Virus record (IMG/VR): IMGVR_UViG_3300029812_000136
Strand: one strand, 5' to 3'
Source: an uncultured virus (IMG/VR IMGVR_UViG_3300029812_000136)
Lineage: Duplodnaviria; Heunggongvirae; Uroviricota; Caudoviricetes
DNA: 64,000 nt
The stretch's first letter is position 1, and every line of letters begins with the position of its first letter. The notes under the pieces are model-generated. The model ran no database searches. It worked only from the letters and a program-made list of their open reading frames with translations, and was not told the origin of the DNA. The position numbers and the translations under genes are program-made. Positions 56,747 to 64,000 of the stretch are shown here, piece by piece.

Positions 56747-57357
56747 TTTCAAATTTTTATCGAGTATGTGGTGAAACAATACAAGAAGTTTTCCACGCAT
56801 CTCTCTTTCTCCTTCTTCATAATGGTAAACAAGTCAACATTTCCAAAGATAAAGAAGGAAAACGCAGTGGTGGTCAAACACTCGAACTCCAAAATCTCTT
56901 CATAGAAATACCAGAACCAGATCCTCTCGAAGAAATAAATCTCAAATCATCAAAAGTAACAGAAAAATTCCATGATGGAATGTTACTTTGTAGTACAAAG
57001 GATGTACAATCAAGACGAATAATACAAGAAAAATCAAGAATAATTGAAAAACTAAGCGAGAAAAAAGACACAAGAAGAGCAGTCATAACAGTCTGGGAAA
57101 ATACGGATCTTTTTGCGTCTTATGCACCATGTATAACATCAATGCAATTCTTAGTTAGAGACAATTCATTACACCAAACAGCCTTCTTTAGAAGTCATGA
57201 CATATGGAATGCTTTCCCTTGGAACACGAAGGGAAATATAACATTTCAAGCAGATATTGCAGAAAAGTTAGATCTTGGTGTTGGTTCTTATATTGAATTA
57301 GCAACTTCTGCACATATTTATGAAGTAGACAAAAACAAGGTGAATAAGTTTATATAG
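56743..57357 (+). CDS. thyA: Thymidylate synthase-family protein
   Basis: ELQNL, TRRAVI, catalytic PC, QF..R, RSHD..AFPWN, SAHIYE. Confidence 0.85.
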   Translation: MISNFYRVCGETIQEVFHASLFLLLHNGKQVNISKDKEGKRSGGQTLELQNLFIEIPEPDPLEEINLKSSKVTEKFHDGMLLCSTKDVQSRRIIQEKSRIIEKLSEKKDTRRAVITVWENTDLFASYAPCITSMQFLVRDNSLHQTAFFRSHDIWNAFPWNTKGNITFQADIAEKLDLGVGSYIELATSAHIYEVDKNKVNKFI

Positions 57358-57917
57358 ATGAATAATAATGAATGAATTAGAGGATAAGAAAATGGCAAAA
57401 GAAAAAATAGATTTAGGTAATGTGCCGAGGAAATTAGGTGTCTTGAAGAGTGGGAGAACAGATGAAGTTGAAATATGTGTAAAAGAAATTTCATATATCC
57501 TTGAAAGTAAGAAACGATCAGATTTATTGAAGTCAAGATATCCTCAGTTCTTTAATAGACTAGACAGTGGTTATAAAGTTGCAAAAGCTTTTAATGATAA
57601 TATTGTAATTATATCAAAACGTAAAGATTTATCTCATCTTATACTACCTATAACAAAAATAAAGAGTTTCATAGAAAATAAATATCCAGGATGGGATTCT
57701 TATCCATATACTTCAGGACTTCATAGAGAAGTTGCATATGAGAAAGATGTTGAAAAAGAATTTTTGAGATTAGCACGAAAGAAAGGACTTAAAAAAGTAT
57801 ATAAAGTTAGTAGGATTCTTAGTCATAGTGGTGGTTTAGTTAGAATATATTTTAGAGATTAAAATAGTCTTTTGTGGGTGATTTTTGGTAATGAATCTAT
57901 AATTAACATATGTTAGT

Positions 57918-58184
57918 GTGTGTCATCACATCAAAAAGATGAACAAAATTAGACAAAAAGTGAGAAATAGTTCTTACAAAAGAATAAAGAAAGACACTGA
58001 AAAAGAAACATTTGATGCAATAAAATGTTTAGGTACACCAACAACTATTCCGAATATTTCAAAATTCCTTCTAAAGAGTGTTGAAGCAACAAGGAAAAGG
58101 GTGAACAGATTAGTAGAGTTAGGAATAGTGTATAAGGTAGACATAAATGGAAATAGAAGAAACTTTTTAATATATATCAAATGA
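57918..58184 (+). CDS. wHTH DNA-binding protein
   Basis: TIPNISKFLLKSVEATRKRVNRLVELGIV. Confidence 0.65.
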   Translation: MCHHIKKMNKIRQKVRNSSYKRIKKDTEKETFDAIKCLGTPTTIPNISKFLLKSVEATRKRVNRLVELGIVYKVDINGNRRNFLIYIK

Positions 58185-58974
58185 AGTGATCAAAAATGTG
58201 GATAGAGAAATATAAAGAAAGAATTCTTAGTGGCGAATTAACACTCGAAGATGTCAGAAAGATACGAGAAAAAGAAGTTGGTAAGAAGATCAAGGTAAAG
58301 ACGGTGAATAGATTGTGGAATAAGTTGGGATATACATTATCTTTAGAAAAGATACAAAAAGAAGAACCTAAAGATGTTGTTACTGTCTGTAGTGATTGTT
58401 TAGATTACATGGGATATTGTAACACACAAAAACAAACTTTCAAGGGATGGTTAAATAATCTTGATAGAGGGTTTTGTCCTTTTAAGAGGATGTGAAAGAG
58501 TTTATATAGTATAAATTCTTACTTATATGTGGTAATAAAAATGACAAATAAGACATATGTTGTATATAAAGAAGTTCATGAAAGTGGTGGAGGTCATGGT
58601 AAGAGAAAAATTGGAAAAGTTTCAGCAAAAAGTCCAAGTAGTGCATTAATGAAAGTTATTGATGAATATTATACGTTTCCATATAGTGCAATTGGTGTGG
58701 TCTTTTTTGTTGATAAAAAGAGCTATACAGTTGTTTTGTTAAATGATAAACTAAAAGTAGAATTAAATTGGGCTTTTGTCATGCGTGGAACAAAACAAGA
58801 AGTTGATAAGAGAGCAAGAGAGTTGACAAGACTTGGATATAAAGTGAGAAAAACAAAAGATGGATTTGGTTGGAATTTGAAAGCGAAGGGATATATGAAT
58901 GAGAGTATGAGAAGTTAAGATTATAAAAATAGTACGTGTGTGTTTGAAAGTTAATATAAGGAATACAAGATAAT

Positions 58975-59307
58975 TTGACCAGAAAAGGTTATTTTGCTGA
59001 ATACTTAGCCAAACAAAAACTCATTGAAGAATATGGTGACTCAAACATAATCAAAATTGCTATATCGCAACAAGGAGCAGATCTTCTTTGTTTGAGAGGT
59101 AGGGAGATAGTCAAACTCGTTGAAGTCAAATCCACTAAAGGAAAGAAGTGGTATCCTGTTAGACCAAAAGATATTATTCAATTTAATAAAATAATTGATT
59201 TTGCATCAGAAAAGGAAATTGTTGTTGAATTCTGGATAAAAACAGGTGGTTCAACAGAGTTTGAAATTTTGAGTGAAACAGAGTTTAAGGAGAGGTATAG
59301 TTTATGA
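58975..59307 (+). CDS. hjc: Hjc-like Holliday junction resolvase
   Basis: RKGYFAE, GADLL, LVEVKST. Confidence 0.8.
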   Translation: MTRKGYFAEYLAKQKLIEEYGDSNIIKIAISQQGADLLCLRGREIVKLVEVKSTKGKKWYPVRPKDIIQFNKIIDFASEKEIVVEFWIKTGGSTEFEILSETEFKERYSL

Positions 59308-59537
59308 TAATAAAATCATGGAAATGGAGATATAGATTATTTAATGAATTACCAAAAGTATGTCCATATTGTAATGGTGAAGTTATAGAGAGAGGTTTTG
59401 AAGGTGTTAATTGGAGAGTTGAATGTAGAAGTTGTGAAAGAGTGTTAATAGAGTGATAAAAAAGTATATGAATATTAGTTGAAAAATAGAAATTTTCACC
59501 AAATATAGTAGTTTTTGATGCAAATATTGTGTTTTCA

Positions 59538-59592
59538 CCGCAAACCTATTTATATACATATATAAATATATATAAATTGTAAGAGGAGGTGA
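59538..59592 (+). promoter_or_regulatory. BRE-TATA promoter and SD of the intron-containing gene
   Basis: CCGCAAA 59538-59544, TTTATATA 59549-59556, GGAGGTGA 59585-59592. Confidence 0.7.
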
Positions 59593-59597
59593 AAACA

Positions 59598-60046
59598 ATG
59601 GACATAAGAAAATTTCTCAAAGACACCAAAGCTCAGATGGGAATGAGTCTGACTGATGTAGGTTTGGCTATAGGTATACTTGCCGTGATAGGTTTCGTCA
59701 TACTCTACAGCACCAAGAGGAGTTAGTCCAAGTAAATGTATAATGATAAAAAACAACTTACTCAGGTGTGGAGCAATATGTAACGAAGTCTATAGCATCG
59801 CAGCCATCTCGTCAGGTAGCATCTTCTATACAGGTGTTCAAAAGGTCACCAAATGGAGAAGAGGTTTAGAAAGTTTATTTTTTAAAATAAAGAATATAGC
59901 ATCTCTTAAATTGGTTTTAAACGCTCCTCCAGGTGCAAATCGTGAATACCGGTTACGGGATGTTGCTGATCGCTGTCCTCGCCATGCTGACAGGTTTTAT
60001 AATTTATTACCTCAGAGGTGCAACGGGTGGAGGCGGAACCATATAG
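59598..60046 (+). CDS. Three-exon pilin-like or spindle-virus major-capsid-like protein, join(59598..59708, 59776..59852, 59938..60046), 98 aa
   Basis: Spliced product MDIRKFLKDTKAQMGMSLTDVGLAIGILAVIGFVILY-ICNEVYSIAAISSGSIFYTGVQKVTK-IVNTGYGMLLIAVLAMLTGFIIYYLRGATGGGGTI; class III signal peptide (KA/QM) and two hydrophobic helices. Confidence 0.85.
59709..59775 (+). other. BHB intron 1 (67 nt)
   Basis: Exon helix CATA/TATG, central helix CTCT/GGAG, bulges ACA and CAA, intron helix GCACC/GGTGT. Confidence 0.82.
59853..59937 (+). other. BHB intron 2 (85 nt)
   Basis: Exon helix GGT/ATC, central helix CACC/GGTG, bulges AAA and CAA, intron helix TGGAG/CTCCA extended by GTTTAGAA/TTTTAAAC. Confidence 0.85.
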
Positions 60047-60067
60047 GGAACGAAGACCTGAGAGGGA

Positions 60068-60096
60068 AGGGACGAAGTGTCCCTCTTTTTTCTTTT
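60068..60096 (+). terminator. Hairpin plus T-tract terminator
   Basis: AGGGAC-GAAGT-GTCCCT followed by TTTTTTCTTTT just after the spliced gene. Confidence 0.7.
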
Positions 60097-60107
60097 CCTA
60101 TAGAGAC

Positions 60108-60575
60108 ATGAGTAAAACGACCATATCCGTTGTGGTTTTGATCACACTTTTGGTGCTTTCGTTATCAGTCATTTCGGTGAATGCATTATTTCCAAATCCA
60201 ATCAATGCTACTGGAAATCTAAGCTATGTAAAAGCTGTTAATTTTACATACGTCGCAAATCAGTCTGTAGGAGGGAATGCAGTTAAGACAGTCGCTTTCA
60301 ATGTATCAATCAAAACTTTAGGCATTTGGCAGAATCGAACATTGGCAGACAATTATACATACATTCATACAAGTAATCCAAACCCATCAACTTTCAATAT
60401 TGAAGTCTGGGCATGGAATGCAACAGGGAGTGGTAATTTGTCTAATAGCTCAGTAAATATGTCAGCTACAACTTTACAAGCAAAACGATCAGCACCATCA
60501 ATGACACCAATATCAATAGTCGTAGCACTGGCTTTGTGGTCAATAATCCTTGCAAAAGTGAAGAGGAGAAAATAA
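60108..60575 (+). CDS. Secreted N-glycoprotein with a VPXXXP-CTERM-like anchor
   Basis: Signal peptide from ATG 60108; about 11 N-x-S/T sequons; APSMTP, then a TM helix and KVKRRK. Confidence 0.75.
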   Translation: MSKTTISVVVLITLLVLSLSVISVNALFPNPINATGNLSYVKAVNFTYVANQSVGGNAVKTVAFNVSIKTLGIWQNRTLADNYTYIHTSNPNPSTFNIEVWAWNATGSGNLSNSSVNMSATTLQAKRSAPSMTPISIVVALALWSIILAKVKRRK

Positions 60576-60693
60576 TTTTTTACTTTTTCTCCTTTTTTTA
60601 TTTTTCTATTTTAAATATTTTAATCAATAATAGTGAAACTTTCACATAAAAAGTCATCAAAAACTCAAAAGTTTCTGACAAATAGTATCATAA

Positions 60694-61293
60694 ATGAAAA
60701 AACTCCTCCTCTCCATCTTCTTCATAATAACATTCATCAAACTCTCTCTCTCAATTACTCTCCTCTCACCCACAATCGTATTCGACGAGTCTATCTACTC
60801 AATCGCTATCCGATCAATCTGGGAAAATCACACTTATTTCACAGGACGATTTCTCAACTATCCTCAGTACCCACCTCTCTATCCTCTTCTCCTCAGTCCA
60901 GTCGCAACATATATCTATTCAGAGTCTTTTTTCCGTTACGCCATAGCAATTAATTGTATAATCACTTCATCAACAATCTTCCCATCATATTACCTCACAA
61001 AAGAATATCTCTCAGACCGTGAAAGTCATCTCGTAGCATTCCTCGTCGGAATAATGCCATCAACATTTATTTATTCTTTTATCATGATGGCAGATTGTCT
61101 CTTTTTACCTCTCTTCCTCACATCTGTCTATTTCATGAAAAAGACGCTCGATGAGGACAATTTCAAAAATAATTTCCTCTCAGGTGTGTTCATCTCTCTC
61201 ACATTCCTCACAAAAGTAATTGCAGTAATTCTTGTGTTAGTATATATTATAATAAAGCTGTGGCATTTTGTAGATAAGAAAATTGAGGATTAG
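60694..61293 (+). CDS. GT-C (PMT/ArnT-like) glycosyltransferase, N-terminal half
   Basis: TM1 followed by FDESIY, YPPLYPLLL, multiple TM helices, LTK. Confidence 0.75.
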   Translation: MKKLLLSIFFIITFIKLSLSITLLSPTIVFDESIYSIAIRSIWENHTYFTGRFLNYPQYPPLYPLLLSPVATYIYSESFFRYAIAINCIITSSTIFPSYYLTKEYLSDRESHLVAFLVGIMPSTFIYSFIMMADCLFLPLFLTSVYFMKKTLDEDNFKNNFLSGVFISLTFLTKVIAVILVLVYIIIKLWHFVDKKIED

Positions 61294-62231
61294 GATGAGA
61301 ATGGTAGAAAATATTTATATTGGAAAAATCTTTTTTATTAATACAATAGTAAATCCATTGATGGTTGTATATCTTTTATTTATGTTGCAATATGCTAAAG
61401 TGCCTGGGTTATATGTGTGTCTTGGATACTTTATAGGTTGTTCAGTATTCCAGTTAATTGATTATTTTACTAAGTTGTCGAAGATAAAGGTGAAATAAAA
61501 ATGAGTCGGTGGTTTAAACTATTGAAAGGTGAACATTTACACTGTTCTGATTGTGGTGACCATCTCAAAAAAGATGATGATGTTTTTGTAGAGATAGATC
61601 CACACATTGTCATTTTCAGGTGTACAAAGTGTGAGGAAAACAAAGAAGGAGAAAGATAAATGAAAAGTTATATAGAATTAAAGAAAGATTTTATAAAGAA
61701 AGTAGAAAAGTTACAAGCAAATTGTAAGCATGAAGATGTCAGTGATTGGGTTGAGGAGTGGTGGGCTATTAATCACCCTACTGGTTGGAAATTAAGAGTA
61801 TGTATGTTTTGTAATAAGAAAATATCACGAAAAACATTATGTGTAACATGTAGTAAGGAACTCGTAGAAGGTGTAGATGTCATCAAAGAAGTTGGAAGCT
61901 CTTGGTATTGTAAGGAATGTGCACCTGTAGCAGAAGCTGAATTAAAAAGAAAAATGGAGAAGTTCGATAAAATAAGAGATATATTACCTGAAATTTGGAC
62001 ACGTAAGTAAGGATGATAATAAGGATGAATTATAACAAAACAATAGGAGGTGATTCTAATGAAAAATAAGCAAAATTCATTGTTCCCAATAATTGTCTTT
62101 CTTTCAGGAATGACAATAGCAGGCATTGCAGTAATGATTCCTGTTAATTCACCAGCTTTGTCGGCAATTATTGGATTGGGTATTGCTCAGGCTCTTTTGT
62201 CTGCTTTTACAATTTCAAAAATAAAAAGAGA

Positions 62232-63191
62232 ATGAACAAAATACTAAGACAATATTCAGGTTTGTTAGTTATCTTTCTTGTGGTCGGTCTTTATTTCTTA
62301 GCCAATGCATTCCACTATTCAGCAACAGAATCATCAATAACAGGATATGGTGAAATCATAACAAGGGAATACAATCAATTGATCTTTCTCAAAATATCTC
62401 TCGTTCAATTCATGGCTCAATTGCTCTATCTAGTCCTTGCATGTGCGGGAATTGCGTTTATAGCAGCTATGGGAGCAGGGCACAGATTTCGTCTATTCGG
62501 TCTCATAATCTTCACAACAATCATCTGCTTTGCATATCTTCAAATTACAGCATGGTTCATTCATGGTCGTTATCTCGATCCATTAATTCCGTTGATTTTG
62601 ATAGCAGCGTTCTCATTCAATCCCAAAGACAAGAAGGAAGGACTACTTCTAGGTTTAGGTATTGCATTAATATCTCAGGTAGCGTTCTTCTCTTTCTGGA
62701 TAGACACAATAAATTGCTTCTCAAACATATATCTAATGATACCAATTGATGTTCTGTTCCCAATACTTGTGATCTGTTTTTTCGCATCATTTCTGTTCCT
62801 TCTTCAAGTGAAGGACAAAAGAAAGATAACTACGGTTTTATTTATAGTTTTGTGTCTCACATTCACAGCAAGTAATATAGCAAATTTCCAATACACCAAA
62901 ACAACATCGGATAATGCATACGAATATTGTACTATAGGTCAGTACATAAATCACAATCAACTGACAAATGTAGTCTTTGATGAGGATATATATCAAAACA
63001 GATCATTTTGGGGATCTCATTGCTTGATCAACTATTACTACGGAAAATACGTTCCGATGGGAAATATCACTGAAGGAAAATATTTCATAACCTCAAAAGA
63101 TCTCTCATACCAAATCTTAGCATCAGATGCTCAATTCTGTGATCTCGAAGTCAACAGGACAGAATCATTGAAGTTGTATAAAACTATTTAA
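62232..63191 (+). CDS. Polytopic membrane protein, probable C-terminal half of the GT-C enzyme
   Basis: HGRYLDPLIP (RYxxP motif), many TM helices, soluble C-terminal domain. Confidence 0.65.
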   Translation: MNKILRQYSGLLVIFLVVGLYFLANAFHYSATESSITGYGEIITREYNQLIFLKISLVQFMAQLLYLVLACAGIAFIAAMGAGHRFRLFGLIIFTTIICFAYLQITAWFIHGRYLDPLIPLILIAAFSFNPKDKKEGLLLGLGIALISQVAFFSFWIDTINCFSNIYLMIPIDVLFPILVICFFASFLFLLQVKDKRKITTVLFIVLCLTFTASNIANFQYTKTTSDNAYEYCTIGQYINHNQLTNVVFDEDIYQNRSFWGSHCLINYYYGKYVPMGNITEGKYFITSKDLSYQILASDAQFCDLEVNRTESLKLYKTI

Positions 63192-64000
63192 TATAATAAA
63201 ATATATTTTATTTAAAATGGTGCATAAAAAGAATAATAATGGAGGCATAAAACACGACAAAAGAATCTAAAAAGTGTTCTGTTGAGTGGCAGGAGTTCAG
63301 AAAAGGAATTTTGAAGATGCACCCATCACCAAACAAACTGCTTTATAAGGATATTGCTACAGGAAAAGTAGTTAAATACATATATCATCATTCCTGGGCA
63401 AGGGAAGGATGGGAACGGAGTAAACTCGTAAAATCTGATCATGATATTATAAAAAAGGCGGACAAGATGTATTTGGGTAGTAAGTGAAAATATGTTGAGA
63501 AAAAAGCGATTGTTGAATAATTACAAAAGAGCAGCAGAGAAAATCTAATAGTAATATTGTGAATTAAAAGGTGTATGAATAATGAAATTCTTCAAAATAC
63601 GAATAGGAAATAGACAAAATCTCCTCGAATACTTATCCTTAGCCAAAAAGCGAGGTATCAAATTCAGATGGAATCAAATCCATCAAAGATACGAAGCACG
63701 AAAACGTATCTATGGCAACAAAAGTATTGATATCCGTATCAAAAATTATTCAGGGTATTGGCGATTACATATGCATGTGGATATAATAGTCTGTGATGTA
63801 GTCCAGCAAGTGCACAAAATCTGGAAGAACAAAACTGAGACCAACAAAATTGGTCAAAAATACCTTGAATTCAAAAATTTTAAGCATTATGAATAAATGT
63901 TGTGCATCCTGCAAATTGGTCTTGTCTATCACCTCTTTCTCGATAATAGACATCTATTCACCCAAGCAGAAAGATGTATAACTAAAGGACTTAAAAAGAT

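Noticed and set aside
59711..59771. Alternative intron 1 register using CACC/GGTG as the central helix (54 nt)
   Set aside because: It lacks an adjacent intron helix and leads to a stop codon; the CTCT/GGAG register gives a full BHB and restores the frame
59705..59936. Recurring AGCAYC and CAGGTG words as shufflon sites or mini-CRISPR repeats
   Set aside because: Too short and irregular; the key copies are explained as BHB helices
59743..60111. 122-aa ORF from the track
   Set aside because: No SD; only its exon-2 portion is protein-like, and the rest runs through intron 2 and the terminator

Overview
A 64-kb segment of a large, AT-rich archaeal virus (or virus-like element). Every credible gene is on the + strand, with GGAGGTGA Shine-Dalgarno sites and BRE/TATA promoters. 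It encodes an archaeal-type replication and recombination set: PolB, fused primase, PCNA, two RFC-like clamp-loader subunits, an OB-fold SSB candidate, a Sak4-like ATPase, and Cas4-like, ERCC4 and Hjc nucleases. It also carries a lone RNA polymerase A'' subunit, a candidate origin beside an AAA+/wHTH ATPase, a structured ncRNA cluster with a D-arm-reduced tRNA-like element, two TnpB elements, homing endonucleases, a putative nucleotide-modification cluster and surface glycoprotein/glycosyltransferase genes. The main discovery is a gene missed by the ORF track (59598-60046). It encodes a 98-aa pilin-like or spindle-virus major-capsid-like protein, and its reading frame is restored only by removing two introns (67 and 85 nt), each bounded by a canonical bulge-helix-bulge (BHB) splicing motif. 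The second notable feature is a naturally split, Ala1-initiated intein, with a free-standing endonuclease gene between its halves, in a DUF2284-like gene. All family assignments come from motif recognition by eye; no database searches were run.
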